64,000 bases of DNA from Patescibacteria group bacterium (GTDB taxonomy: Bacteria; Patescibacteriota; Patescibacteriia; UBA10025; JAHIVO01). Shown here one piece after another: positions 47,847-57,648 of the stretch. Where the stretch lies: positions 85,226 to 149,225 of the forward strand of contig JBAZKE010000003.1 of assembly GCA_041650915.1 (NCBI GenBank), read 5' to 3'. Both the position numbers and the translations under genes were made by a program. How positions within the stretch are numbered: the first letter of the stretch is position 1; each line of letters starts with the position of its first letter. The notes beneath the pieces were generated by a model. It was not told where the DNA came from and made no database searches. It saw only the letters and a program-made list of their open reading frames with translations.

Positions 47847-48377
47847 ATGGAAGTACTCGCAAAGCTACGATTTTTAAAAATATCGCCTCCCAAGGTTCGG
47901 CTCGTCATTGATATTGTACGGGGGTTGTCCGTGAAAGACGCTGAAGCACAGCTACAATTCATGAACAAGCGGGCTGCGCTGCCCGTCCTTAAACTCATCC
48001 GTTCAGCCGTAGCTAATGCTGAGCATAATGATAAACTCAAGAAAGAAGATTTGCGCATCAAGCGGATTATGGTAGACCAAGGCCCGACGCTCCATCGCTG
48101 GAGGCCGAGAGCGTACGGTCGCGCAGCGCCAATCCAAAAGCGGTCATCCCACGTAACAGTTGTTTTGGAAAATATGCCGGGGACCGGCCCGAAAGCAGCA
48201 AAAGGCAATAAAGAAAAGGTTGTACCGGCAGTAAAAACGGACTCGAAGGCGGGCACCGTAAAGAAAGCATCCCCGAAATCCGGTAAAAAGCAGCCTATTA
48301 AACAGGCAGTCAAGCCACCGGTAAAAAAGCAGAGCCTCGCAAAGCCCGATTCGGTAAAGAAGTCCAAGAAGAAATAA
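47847..48377 (+). CDS. rplV: 50S ribosomal protein L22 with a Lys-rich C-terminal extension
   Basis: uL22 core, plus a ~60-aa basic tail. Confidence 0.9.
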   Translation: MEVLAKLRFLKISPPKVRLVIDIVRGLSVKDAEAQLQFMNKRAALPVLKLIRSAVANAEHNDKLKKEDLRIKRIMVDQGPTLHRWRPRAYGRAAPIQKRSSHVTVVLENMPGTGPKAAKGNKEKVVPAVKTDSKAGTVKKASPKSGKKQPIKQAVKPPVKKQSLAKPDSVKKSKKK

Positions 48378-48386
48378 TTGATACCT

Positions 48387-49064
48387 ATGGGACATAAAGT
48401 ACATCCAAGAGTTTTCAGAATAGGAACGATCGGCAGTTGGAAGTCGAAGTGGTTTTCTGACAAGACGTACGCTGAGCTGCTCGAACAAGATATCAAAATC
48501 CGCCGCTACATCAGCAAGAAGTTTAAGGAAGCCGGCGTTGCTTCGATTGAGATCGTACGTTCCGGGGGTGCCGTGGAGGTAAACCTCCACACCTCCAAGC
48601 CAGGCCTCATTATCGGGAGGGGCGGAGCTGGTGCAGATGAGCTCAAGAAGGAAATCAAGAAGCAGTTTTTGCCGAAAAAGGCGAACCTCAATTTAAATAT
48701 CCACGAAGTCTCAAAGCCGTATCTCTCAGGCCAGCTCGTATGCCAAAATATTATCGAGCAGCTCGAGAAGAGAATTCCTTTCCGCCGGGTGGCTAAGCGT
48801 GCGATAGATCAGGTCATGCAGGCTGGCGCTAAAGGCGTAAAGATCATCATCGGCGGGCGCTTGAACGGTGCGGAAATCGCGCGGAGCGAAAAGTTTTCAC
48901 AGGGTTCCGTTCCGCTCCATACGCTCCGGGCAGACATCGATTATGCGCGGGGCGCGGCGCGTACGACGTACGGGGCGGTGGGTGTGAAAGTTTGGATATA
49001 CCGCGGTGAAATTTTTAAGAGATCGCAGTCAGATACAAAAGCCCAATCGAACGAAATGAAGTAA
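48387..49064 (+). CDS. rpsC: 30S ribosomal protein S3
   Basis: MGHKVHPRVFRIG..., with a KH domain. Confidence 0.9.
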   Translation: MGHKVHPRVFRIGTIGSWKSKWFSDKTYAELLEQDIKIRRYISKKFKEAGVASIEIVRSGGAVEVNLHTSKPGLIIGRGGAGADELKKEIKKQFLPKKANLNLNIHEVSKPYLSGQLVCQNIIEQLEKRIPFRRVAKRAIDQVMQAGAKGVKIIIGGRLNGAEIARSEKFSQGSVPLHTLRADIDYARGAARTTYGAVGVKVWIYRGEIFKRSQSDTKAQSNEMK

Positions 49065-49070
49065 AAATGT

Positions 49071-49481
49071 ATGCTCGTACCGAAGAAAGTAAAACATAGA
49101 AAGTGGCACAAGGGCAGGTTGACCGGCCGTGCATCCTCAAAGGTAAAGCTCAGCTTTGGCAGCTGCGGATTGAAGTCCCTCGGTGCCGGGTGGATTTCTT
49201 CGCGCCAGATCGAGGCTGCGCGCCGTGCGATGACGCGCTTTATCCAGAAGGGCGGCAAGGTATGGATTCGTATCTTTCCTGACAAGCCGATTACGCTCCA
49301 CGGGTCTGAGGTGCGGATGGGCGGCGGCAAAGGTTCGGTTGACCACTATGTTGCCGTCGTGAAGCCCGGTACGGTACTGTTTGAGATGGATGGCGTTGAC
49401 AATGAGAAGGCGAAGGAAGCTTTTCGGCTCGCCTCGCATAAGCTGTCAGTTAAAACAAAGTTTATCACGAAGGAGGCATAG
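49071..49481 (+). CDS. rplP: 50S ribosomal protein L16
   Basis: uL16 translation. Confidence 0.9.
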   Translation: MLVPKKVKHRKWHKGRLTGRASSKVKLSFGSCGLKSLGAGWISSRQIEAARRAMTRFIQKGGKVWIRIFPDKPITLHGSEVRMGGGKGSVDHYVAVVKPGTVLFEMDGVDNEKAKEAFRLASHKLSVKTKFITKEA

Positions 49482-49484
49482 ACT

Positions 49485-49721
49485 ATGGACATGAAAGAAC
49501 TCCGCAGTAAACCGGCAGCAGAATTGCAGAAGCTCATCAAAGCCCAGCGTGAGCAGCTGCGCGACCTTCGGTTTAAGGTTGCAGCAAAACAGCATAAAGA
49601 CGTGAGGGACCTGCGCGATACGCGCACGTCTATCGCACAGATCCTTACCGTTTTAAAGGAGAAAGAGTACGTTAAGTCTACCACACGTACCCATGCAGCA
49701 AGCACTAAACCAAAGGCGTAA
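49485..49721 (+). CDS. rpmC: 50S ribosomal protein L29
   Basis: uL29 translation. Confidence 0.85.
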   Translation: MDMKELRSKPAAELQKLIKAQREQLRDLRFKVAAKQHKDVRDLRDTRTSIAQILTVLKEKEYVKSTTRTHAASTKPKA

Positions 49722-49728
49722 TACTACT

Positions 49729-49980
49729 ATGGCACAGGTCATCAAAAAGCAATTCAGCGGAGTCGTCGTATCGGACAAGATGGACAAGACGATTGTCGTT
49801 ACCATCGAACGGACCAAGACGCACCCGAAGTACCACAAACAGTACAAGACCGAGAAGCGGTATAAAGTCCACGATCCCAAGAACGAGTACCATGTCGGCG
49901 ATGCCGTTACCTTTATTGAGACGCGCCCGTTGAGCAAAGACAAACGGTGGATCGTAGCAGGCAAGGAGCAGAAGGCATAG
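49729..49980 (+). CDS. rpsQ: 30S ribosomal protein S17
   Basis: uS17 translation from the ATG at 49729. Confidence 0.85.
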   Translation: MAQVIKKQFSGVVVSDKMDKTIVVTIERTKTHPKYHKQYKTEKRYKVHDPKNEYHVGDAVTFIETRPLSKDKRWIVAGKEQKA

Positions 49981-49990
49981 CGGAAATCAT

Positions 49991-50362
49991 ATGATTCAAC
50001 AGCGAACACGACTCGCAGTAGCAGATAATACAGGCGCCAGGAAGGTGCAGGTGATTAAAGTCCTCGGCGGAACGAAACGGCGCTACGCGGGCATTGGGGA
50101 CATCGTCGTGGTGGCGATCAAGGAGGCGGTACCGCACGCGATGGTGAAGAAGGGGGAGGTTACCCGTATGGTTATTGTCAGGCAGCATAAGGAGATGCGC
50201 CGTCCCGACGGTTCGTATATCCGATTCGATGATAACGCCGGCGTCATCCTCAATGCAAAAACCAAGGAACCGCAGGGTACCCGCATCTTCGGGCCGGTCG
50301 CACGGGAATTGCGAGCCCAGGGTTTCGCAAAAATTATTTCACTCGCGCCTGAGGTGCTATAA
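49991..50362 (+). CDS. rplN: 50S ribosomal protein L14
   Basis: uL14 translation. Confidence 0.95.
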   Translation: MIQQRTRLAVADNTGARKVQVIKVLGGTKRRYAGIGDIVVVAIKEAVPHAMVKKGEVTRMVIVRQHKEMRRPDGSYIRFDDNAGVILNAKTKEPQGTRIFGPVARELRAQGFAKIISLAPEVL

Positions 50363-50376
50363 GAGATCGTATTGCT

Positions 50377-50688
50377 ATGATGAATATCCATAAAAATGAT
50401 ACCGTACAGGTAATTTCAGGGAAAGACCGCGGCAAGAAGGGCAAGGTGCTCCAGGTGCTGCCGAAATCGGGCAAGATTATTGTTGAGGGCGCCAATATGG
50501 CTGCCAAGACGGTTCGTGCCAAGCGTGCCGGTGAAAAGGGGCAGGTAGTGCGGTACAACGCTCCGATCAATGCGTCCAATGCGATGCTCTTTTGCCAGAA
50601 ATGCAGCAAGCCGACGCGCCCCGGATTCGTCATTTCAAAAGAAGGCAAGAAGACGAGAGTGTGCCGGAAGTGCGCGCAACCATTATAG
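50377..50688 (+). CDS. rplX: 50S ribosomal protein L24 with a C-terminal CxxC...CxxC zinc-ribbon-like extension
   Basis: uL24 KOW core, then FCQKCSKPTRPGFVISKEGKKTRVCRKCAQPL. Confidence 0.85.
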   Translation: MMNIHKNDTVQVISGKDRGKKGKVLQVLPKSGKIIVEGANMAAKTVRAKRAGEKGQVVRYNAPINASNAMLFCQKCSKPTRPGFVISKEGKKTRVCRKCAQPL

Positions 50689-50697
50689 TATTACCAT

Positions 50698-51237
50698 ATG
50701 AGACTCAAGGAAAAATATGAAACGGAAGTAGTGCCGGCGATGATCAAACGGTTCGGCTACAGCACGGCGCTTGCGGTGCCGAAAATGGTTAAAGTTTCTA
50801 TTAATAGCGGTACCGGAAAAGCCCTCAAGGATGAAAAGCTGCTCGAGGCGGTACAGGCGACACTTACCAGAATCAGCGGCCAGCGGCCTGCGCTGACCAA
50901 GGCCCGAAAATCGATATCTGCGTTTAAAATTAGGGCTGGCATGACCGTTGGCGTGCGTGTTACGCTGCGGGGCTCGAGGATGTACGACTTTGTGGAAAAG
51001 CTGATTCATGTTTCCTTGCCGCGCGTTCGCGATTTCCAGGGGCTCGATCCGAAGAGCATTGACCAGTATGGCAACCTTTCAATCGGATTTAAAGAGCACG
51101 TCGTTTTCCCCGAGATACGGTCAGATGAGGTCGAACGCACTATCGGACTCGAGGTGACCATCACCACTAATTCTAAAACAAGAGAAGAGGGCACCGAACT
51201 GCTCACCATGCTCGGATTCCCATTTAAGAAAGACTAG
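50698..51237 (+). CDS. rplE: 50S ribosomal protein L5
   Basis: uL5 translation. Confidence 0.9.
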   Translation: MRLKEKYETEVVPAMIKRFGYSTALAVPKMVKVSINSGTGKALKDEKLLEAVQATLTRISGQRPALTKARKSISAFKIRAGMTVGVRVTLRGSRMYDFVEKLIHVSLPRVRDFQGLDPKSIDQYGNLSIGFKEHVVFPEIRSDEVERTIGLEVTITTNSKTREEGTELLTMLGFPFKKD

Positions 51238-51246
51238 GAACGCCGT

Positions 51247-51432
51247 ATGGCAAAAAAGTCACAAATCGCTAAGTCGAATAAGAAACCGAAGTATTCAACC
51301 CGCATCGTCCGGCGCTGCTGGCGCTGCGGCAGAAAGCGCGGGTACATGAGGAAATTCAACCTCTGCAGAATTTGCTTCCGCGAACTTGCCAACAATGGTG
51401 AAATACCGGGGATTCAAAAGTCAAGCTGGTAG
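51247..51432 (+). CDS. rpsZ: 30S ribosomal protein S14 type Z (zinc-binding)
   Basis: 61 aa with [16 protein letters not shown]. Confidence 0.9.
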   Translation: MAKKSQIAKSNKKPKYSTRIVRRCWRCGRKRGYMRKFNLCRICFRELANNGEIPGIQKSSW

Positions 51433-51477
51433 TTACTAATAGGTTTAAGTAATACAATAGGTAGATAGTATACGTGT

Positions 51478-51873
51478 ATGACCGATCCAATTGCTGATTT
51501 ATTAACGAGAATGCGCAACGCAACGCTGATCCGGCAGAAAGCCGTGCTCGTTCCGTATTCCAATGTTAAGTTCGAGCTTGCGAAGGTTTTTGAGCGTGAG
51601 GGCTTCATCGAGAAATATGAACGGGTTGGGGACGAGACGAGCAAACAGCCGATGATGCGGATTACGCTGCGCTACAACAAGGGAGAGTCTGTCATGAGAG
51701 GCTTAAAGCGCATCAGCACACCGGGCAGGCGGGTGTATAAGAGTTACCGCGAGATTCCAAAAAAATTACCGTCTCTCGGCTTGCTAGTCCTGTCGACGTC
51801 AGGCGGCATCCTGACGAACCTGGAAGCCAAGCAGAAGAAGTTGGGTGGGGAGATTCTCTGTGAAATTTATTAA
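51478..51873 (+). CDS. rpsH: 30S ribosomal protein S8
   Basis: uS8 translation. Confidence 0.9.
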   Translation: MTDPIADLLTRMRNATLIRQKAVLVPYSNVKFELAKVFEREGFIEKYERVGDETSKQPMMRITLRYNKGESVMRGLKRISTPGRRVYKSYREIPKKLPSLGLLVLSTSGGILTNLEAKQKKLGGEILCEIY

Positions 51874-51888
51874 TCCCGATTATTTCGT

Positions 51889-52440
51889 ATGCCACGCATA
51901 GGCAAACAACCAGTAGCAATTCCCGATGGAGTCGATGTCCAGATCGATGGTTCGAAGGTAACCGTCAAGGGTCCCAAGGGGACTTTAACGCAAACGTTCC
52001 ACCGTCGTGTTGAGTTTGAACAACAGGGGAAGGAAGTGCTCGTTACCGTTAAAAAGTCTGATGAAAAACGTTCACGGGAGCTCTGGGGTTTATCTCGCGT
52101 TCTCCTCAACAACATGGTCAAGGGCGTCGTCAAGGGATTCGAAAAGAAACTCGAGGTGAACGGCGTTGGATACCGGGCTTTGGTGAGCGGCAAGACACTC
52201 GAGCTCATCGTTGGCTTCTCGCACCCGGTCAAGTATGAGGTCCCCGAAGGCATCACTGCGGGAGTTGAAAAAAATATTATAACCATTGCGGGCATCGACA
52301 AGCAGCTCGTCGGCCAGGTCGCCGCGCAGATACGCGACGTACGCCGCCCGGAACCGTACAAGGGAAAAGGCATTAAGTATATCGAAGAGGTAATCCGCCG
52401 TAAGGCAGGCAAGGTCGTCAAGAGCGCCGGAGCAGGATAA
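51889..52440 (+). CDS. rplF: 50S ribosomal protein L6
   Basis: uL6 translation. Confidence 0.9.
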   Translation: MPRIGKQPVAIPDGVDVQIDGSKVTVKGPKGTLTQTFHRRVEFEQQGKEVLVTVKKSDEKRSRELWGLSRVLLNNMVKGVVKGFEKKLEVNGVGYRALVSGKTLELIVGFSHPVKYEVPEGITAGVEKNIITIAGIDKQLVGQVAAQIRDVRRPEPYKGKGIKYIEEVIRRKAGKVVKSAGAG

Positions 52441-52444
52441 TACT

Positions 52445-52810
52445 ATGAGAAAAAATAATCAAAAAATTAAACTGCGGAAGCGCACCGGAAGGGCGCGCCG
52501 GACGCGTGCAAAAATATACGGTACCGCAGAGCGCCCGCGCGCTTCAGTATTCAGGAGCTTGCAGAATATCTATGTGCAGGTCATCAATGATGAGAAGAGC
52601 GGGACAATTGTATCTGCCTCGAGCGCGGAAATTAAAAACAGAGCCAAGATGAATAAAACCGATGAAGCGCGGGAAGTCGGCAAGCTCATCGCGGAGCGCG
52701 CACTGAAGGCAAGCGTCAGGCAAGTGGTATTCGATCGTCGCGGGTACCAGTACCACGGGCGGGTGCGGGCGCTCGCCGAGAGCATGCGCGAGCACGGTCT
52801 CAGCTTTTAA
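52445..52810 (+). CDS. rplR: 50S ribosomal protein L18
   Basis: uL18 translation. Confidence 0.9.
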   Translation: MRKNNQKIKLRKRTGRARRTRAKIYGTAERPRASVFRSLQNIYVQVINDEKSGTIVSASSAEIKNRAKMNKTDEAREVGKLIAERALKASVRQVVFDRRGYQYHGRVRALAESMREHGLSF

Positions 52811-52828
52811 TATTGGAACCGGACTACT

Positions 52829-53353
52829 ATGAATGCGAATCCCATGGGCAATCAAGGAAGAAGGAAAAGCGGCCATCGCCGGCCAGAGCGCAAGGATGAC
52901 GAGTTTGATCAGAAGATGATCGATATTGCGCGGGTGACCCGCGTCATGGCGGGCGGCAAGCGCATGTCATTCCGCGCGTGCGTCGTCATCGGCGACCGCA
53001 AGGGCAGGGTTGGTGTCGGCATCAGAAAGGGAGCCGACGTTGCCGTTGCGATTAATAAAGCAGTTACCGCAGCAAAGAAAGAGCTCATTAAGGTTGTTAC
53101 CATTAACGATACGGTGCCGGCGGAGATTGTGTATAAGTATAAAGCGGCCAGGCTGTTTATAAAACCGGCAAAGCCGGGCACCGGCGTTATCGCCGGCGGT
53201 GCGATTCGGGCGGTATTTGAGCTCGCAGGCGTAAAAAATGTCGTTGCAAAGATGCTCGGATCAAAGAGCAAGATTAATAATGTGAGGGCTGCGATTATGG
53301 CGCTCGATCGGATGAAAGGCGAGGAGCAGCTGAAAGCATTACGTTCAAAGTAA
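52829..53353 (+). CDS. rpsE: 30S ribosomal protein S5
   Basis: uS5 translation. Confidence 0.9.
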   Translation: MNANPMGNQGRRKSGHRRPERKDDEFDQKMIDIARVTRVMAGGKRMSFRACVVIGDRKGRVGVGIRKGADVAVAINKAVTAAKKELIKVVTINDTVPAEIVYKYKAARLFIKPAKPGTGVIAGGAIRAVFELAGVKNVVAKMLGSKSKINNVRAAIMALDRMKGEEQLKALRSK

Positions 53354-53354
53354 T

Positions 53355-53855
53355 ATGATCGTATCACTATCACAGTTAAAAGCGGCGAGAAGCCGCAAGC
53401 GGAAACGCGTTGGCCGCGGATCGGGTTCCGGCCGCGGGACATACTCGGGACGCGGCATGAAAGGCCAGCGGTCACGTTCTGGCGGAACGAATAAGCTCAA
53501 GCGGCGCGGCCTCAAGCAGGTGCTCCAGCAGATACCGAAGTCTCGCGGATTCAAGAGCATGTACAGCGGCTTCGAGCCGGTGAATATTGAAGCGCTTGAG
53601 AAGAAGTACGAAACGGGAGCGACGGTAACGCTGAAAAATTTAAAGATCAATAGGCTCATAGAAGGCATCGGCAGCGGGGTGAAAATACTCGGGCAAGGCG
53701 CGCTCAGCAAGAAACTGACGGTGTATGCCCATGGGTTTTCAAAATCAGCTGAAGCGGCAATAATCAAGGCTGGCGGAACGGTGCACGTGATTGCGGTGCG
53801 GCAGGCCGCTCCCGCAGAGAAGAAAGAAAAAGCTGGCAAGCGGAAGAAGCAGTAA
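53355..53855 (+). CDS. rplO: 50S ribosomal protein L15 (directly after rpsE; no rpmD/L30 gene in between)
   Basis: uL15 Gly/Arg-rich N-terminus. There is only a 1-nt gap from the rpsE stop. Confidence 0.9.
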   Translation: MIVSLSQLKAARSRKRKRVGRGSGSGRGTYSGRGMKGQRSRSGGTNKLKRRGLKQVLQQIPKSRGFKSMYSGFEPVNIEALEKKYETGATVTLKNLKINRLIEGIGSGVKILGQGALSKKLTVYAHGFSKSAEAAIIKAGGTVHVIAVRQAAPAEKKEKAGKRKKQ

Positions 53856-53868
53856 AGAACAAAATTGT

Positions 53869-55143
53869 ATGTGGGAAAAAATCAGGCAGATATTCAAAGT
53901 TCCTGATCTGCGGAATAAAATTCTGTTCGTGTTTGGCATGCTCGTCATTTTTCGCATCGCAGCCCACGTACCTATTCCCGGCGTGAATATCGAGAATTTA
54001 AAAAATCTTTTCCAATCAAACGAGCTTCTCGGCTTGCTCAACCTCTTTTCGGGCGGCGGCATGGAGAATTTTTCGGTCGTCATGCTCGGCGTCGGCCCCT
54101 ACATCACCGCATCGATTATTTTTCAGCTGCTGCAGATGGTAATCCCGAAGCTCGAAGAAATGCAGAAGGAAGGCGAGGCCGGGCGGGCAAAGCTCAACCA
54201 ATACCAGCGCATTGCGACCGTGCCGTTTGCAGCTCTCGCAGGGTACGGCATGATCACCTTTCTCAAGCAGTCGGGGTACGGAATCATCGGTGATATGAGC
54301 GTCTTCCAACTCGCGACGACGATCATCACAATTACCGGGGGCACCGTGTTTTTGATGTGGCTCGGAGAGCTGATATCGGAGAAAAAGATCGGCAATGGCA
54401 TTTCGCTGCTTATCTTTGCGGGAATCATCGCGAGCGTTCCGACGCAGGTGCAGCAGACGGTCGCTACGTTCGATGCAACCCAGATCGGCGCAATTCTCGC
54501 GTTCATCGTAATCGGGATCATTACCGTCGCTGCCATTGTCATCATAACAGAGGGGCAGCGGAATATTCCCGTATCGTACGCGAAGCGTATTCGGGGCATG
54601 CGCATGTACGGCGGCGTCGACACACACCTTCCGCTCCGGGTGAACCAGGCAGGCGTTATTCCGATCATCTTCGCGATTTCTATCGTGCTTATCCCCCCGA
54701 TGATCGCCCAATTTTTTGAGGGGTCGTCTATAACGTGGCTTGCTTCTGCTGCAACTTTCATCGTCGATATTTTCCAGAATGACCTATTCTACGCTACGGC
54801 GTACTTTGTTATGGTTGTTGCGTTCACTTACTTCTATACCGCGGTCATTTTCCATCCGATGCAGATCGCGGAGAACTTGCAGAAGCAGGGCGGTTTCATA
54901 CCCGGCATCCGGCCTGGTAAGCCGACGTCAGATTTCCTAAGCTACGTCAGCAATAGGATTATCCTGGGCGGCGCGCTTTTCCTCGGCACGGTGGCAATCC
55001 TGCCGAACATAGTCCAGTCCGTGACAAACATTACAACTCTCGTCATCGGCGGCACGAGCTTGCTCATCGTCGTTTCGGTCGTCATCGAAATCGTTAAGCA
55101 GGTCGAGGCCCAGCTCGTTATGCGCAACTACGAGGGCTTCTAA
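53869..55143 (+). CDS. secY: Preprotein translocase subunit SecY
   Basis: 10 transmembrane segments and SecY motifs. The start was set at MWEKIRQIFKVPDLRNKI. Confidence 0.9.
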   Translation: MWEKIRQIFKVPDLRNKILFVFGMLVIFRIAAHVPIPGVNIENLKNLFQSNELLGLLNLFSGGGMENFSVVMLGVGPYITASIIFQLLQMVIPKLEEMQKEGEAGRAKLNQYQRIATVPFAALAGYGMITFLKQSGYGIIGDMSVFQLATTIITITGGTVFLMWLGELISEKKIGNGISLLIFAGIIASVPTQVQQTVATFDATQIGAILAFIVIGIITVAAIVIITEGQRNIPVSYAKRIRGMRMYGGVDTHLPLRVNQAGVIPIIFAISIVLIPPMIAQFFEGSSITWLASAATFIVDIFQNDLFYATAYFVMVVAFTYFYTAVIFHPMQIAENLQKQGGFIPGIRPGKPTSDFLSYVSNRIILGGALFLGTVAILPNIVQSVTNITTLVIGGTSLLIVVSVVIEIVKQVEAQLVMRNYEGF

Positions 55144-55229
55144 GCTCCAGCGCCTGCATTCCAATCAGGGGCGCCGCTCAAGCGTGTGCGGTGGTTTTTA
55201 ATGCCGTTCTACGCTATACTGAATGCACT

Positions 55230-56468
55230 ATGCGCAATAATAATCTGTATATCGGTATCGTCGGACGGTCAGCTTCCGGAAAGGATACCCTCGCTGCATA
55301 TCTGCGGCGGAAAGGTTTTTTGCATATCTCACTGTCTGATTTGATACGGGAGCTTGCGCGGAAACAGCGCTCGTACCGGGGGCGCGATGACCTGATACGG
55401 ATCGGCAACGAGCAACGTAAAAAGTACGGGCCGGGCATCTTTGCACGGCGTGCGCTCGAACGTGCGCAGCAGCGCGGAGCCCTGAAAGTGGTTTTTTCCA
55501 GCGTACGGAATCCTTCGGAAATTAGAGAGCTTGAGAAGGGAGGCAATTTTATCACCATCGAGGTACAGGCGCCCCTTAGGGTCCGTTTTTCACGGATGCA
55601 AAAACGGGGAAAGATAGACGATCAGGTGACTTTCTCGCAATTTATGGAGCAGGAGAAGCGTGAGAGCCGTGGCGGACGGCATCAACAGCAGCTCGATACA
55701 GTCATCGCCATGTCTGACTACGCGGTTAGAAATACGGGGACAAAGGAGGAATTTTATAAAAAGATTGATACGCTCCTCGAGACGGTACACCGCGATCGTG
55801 AAGCCTCCCAGATCATTAATATCGTGCTGCTTGGGCCCCAGGGGTCGGGAAAAGGAACTCAGGCTGAGGCCCTCGTACAGCGGTACGGTTTGTACCACGT
55901 GGAAATGGGTAAAATTTTACGGGGCATTGCGAAACGGAACACGCCGCTCGGCAGGAAGATCGATCGGTTCATCAATAAGGAAGGCAAGCTTGTACCCGAC
56001 CAGATCGTGCTCAAGGCGCTTGAACAGCAGCTGAATAGGCTGCCGGCTAAGCGGGGATTGCTCTTTGACGGATACCCCCGTAACGTGAGCCAGGCACAAG
56101 CCCTTGATATGCTGCTTGGGAGGCTTTGTCGTGAGCTGACGCACGTCATATACCTTCCGATATCCCGCACGACGACGGTCAGGCGGCTCGAGCTCAGGCG
56201 GACCTGCGAACGCTGCAATAAAATTTTTATACTCGGCGTTAACTTAAAACGCGGCGCTGCCCGCTGCCCATCGTGCGGCGGCAGGGTCTACCAGCGCGAG
56301 GACGACAAACCAAGAGCGATAGCACAGCGGCTGCGCGCTTACCGGCAGCAGACGATGCCCGTGGTACGCTATTACCGGAAGAAGCGAGTGCTTATTAGCG
56401 TCAACGGTGAGCCAAAAATTCCACAGGTTACGAGAAGTGTGCTTAAGCATTTACCAAAAGCACAATGA
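55230..56468 (+). CDS. adk: Fusion protein: N-terminal dNMP/NMP-kinase-like P-loop domain (GRSASGKDT) plus C-terminal adenylate kinase with a Zn-LID
   Basis: Residues ~1-190 carry an SGKDT-type P-loop kinase domain. Residues ~200-412 are canonical Adk (GPQGSGKGTQA, LFDGYPRN, CxxC..CxxC LID). One continuous reading frame. Confidence 0.7.
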   Translation: MRNNNLYIGIVGRSASGKDTLAAYLRRKGFLHISLSDLIRELARKQRSYRGRDDLIRIGNEQRKKYGPGIFARRALERAQQRGALKVVFSSVRNPSEIRELEKGGNFITIEVQAPLRVRFSRMQKRGKIDDQVTFSQFMEQEKRESRGGRHQQQLDTVIAMSDYAVRNTGTKEEFYKKIDTLLETVHRDREASQIINIVLLGPQGSGKGTQAEALVQRYGLYHVEMGKILRGIAKRNTPLGRKIDRFINKEGKLVPDQIVLKALEQQLNRLPAKRGLLFDGYPRNVSQAQALDMLLGRLCRELTHVIYLPISRTTTVRRLELRRTCERCNKIFILGVNLKRGAARCPSCGGRVYQREDDKPRAIAQRLRAYRQQTMPVVRYYRKKRVLISVNGEPKIPQVTRSVLKHLPKAQ

Positions 56469-57211
56469 AGTTGAAATCGCCAGAAGACATCCGGAAGCTG
56501 CGCGAAGGCGGCAAGATCCTCAATCGTATCGTTCGGCAAGTTGCTGACCGCGCAAAACCGGGCGTATCGCCGTATGAGCTTGAAGAGCTCGCGAATCAGC
56601 TGATTAAGGAATCTGGCGGAGTGCCCTCTTTCAAGGGTTTCAATGGTTACCCCGCTGCTACGTGCATCTCAGTCAACGAGGTGGTCGTGCATGGCATACC
56701 CGATCCGGACGTTACGCTCGTTAAGGGTGATATCGTCGGCATTGACATCGGATTGAAGTACAGAGGCTTGTTCACGGACCATGCCATAACGGTGCCAGTC
56801 GGAACCGTAAGCCCGCAGGCGCGCAAACTGCTCAGCGTCACCGCGCAGGCGCTCAGTGAGGGAGTCGGCGCGGTCAAGCCTGGTTGCACGGTTGGGGATA
56901 TCGGGAATGCTATTCAGTCGTATGTGGAGGGGTACAAGTTCGGGGTCGTCCGCAGCCTCGTTGGGCACGGCGTCGGTTTTGAGGTGCACGAGGAACCTCG
57001 CGTACCGAATTTTGGAGACAGGGGTACGGGACCGAAGCTGCAGCCGGGTGCCGTCATCGCAATCGAACCGATGGTAACGTTGGGCAGCTATGAGGTTACT
57101 ACGAAAGATGACGGCTGGACAATTGTAACGGCGGACGGATCGCTGTCTGCGCACTTCGAGCATACCATTGCCGTTACCCACGATGGGTGCATAATCATTA
57201 CTGCCCCCTAA
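56465..57211 (+). CDS. map: Methionine aminopeptidase, type I
   Basis: Pita-bread fold motifs (VHGIPD, DIGL..., HxxE). Confidence 0.9.
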   Translation: MKLKSPEDIRKLREGGKILNRIVRQVADRAKPGVSPYELEELANQLIKESGGVPSFKGFNGYPAATCISVNEVVVHGIPDPDVTLVKGDIVGIDIGLKYRGLFTDHAITVPVGTVSPQARKLLSVTAQALSEGVGAVKPGCTVGDIGNAIQSYVEGYKFGVVRSLVGHGVGFEVHEEPRVPNFGDRGTGPKLQPGAVIAIEPMVTLGSYEVTTKDDGWTIVTADGSLSAHFEHTIAVTHDGCIIITAP

Positions 57212-57222
57212 GTTCGCTGCGT

Positions 57223-57648
57223 ATGGGAAAAGTACTCGGCATTGATTACGGAGAGCGGCGCATCGGCATCGCACTATCGGATGAAGACCAGCGGTACGCT
57301 TTTCATCTGCGGACGCTCGATCAGGCCGATCCTGCGGCACTCTCGGGCGAACTCCGGGCACTTTGCCGTGACGAGGGTATTGAAACTATTGTGATCGGGC
57401 TGCCGCTCCAGCCGGACGGCCGCAAGGGCAAGAATGCGCTCGACGTGGAACGTTTTGGCGCACAGCTCTCACGCACGCTCGGGGTCGGGATCGTGTATGA
57501 GGATGAGCGCCTATCGAGCGTGATGGCGCAAAAGCTCATGACGGATGCCGGCAGGAGTGAACGTGCGATGCGGGGTTCGCTCGACGAGCGCGCCGCCCAA
57601 CTGATCTTACAAGCTTACCTCGACCGAAAGCATGGAAAAGTATCTTAA
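57223..57648 (+). CDS. ruvX: Holliday-junction resolvase-like RNase RuvX/YqgF
   Basis: MGKVLGIDYGERRIGIALSD...LDERLSS. Confidence 0.8.
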   Translation: MGKVLGIDYGERRIGIALSDEDQRYAFHLRTLDQADPAALSGELRALCRDEGIETIVIGLPLQPDGRKGKNALDVERFGAQLSRTLGVGIVYEDERLSSVMAQKLMTDAGRSERAMRGSLDERAAQLILQAYLDRKHGKVS

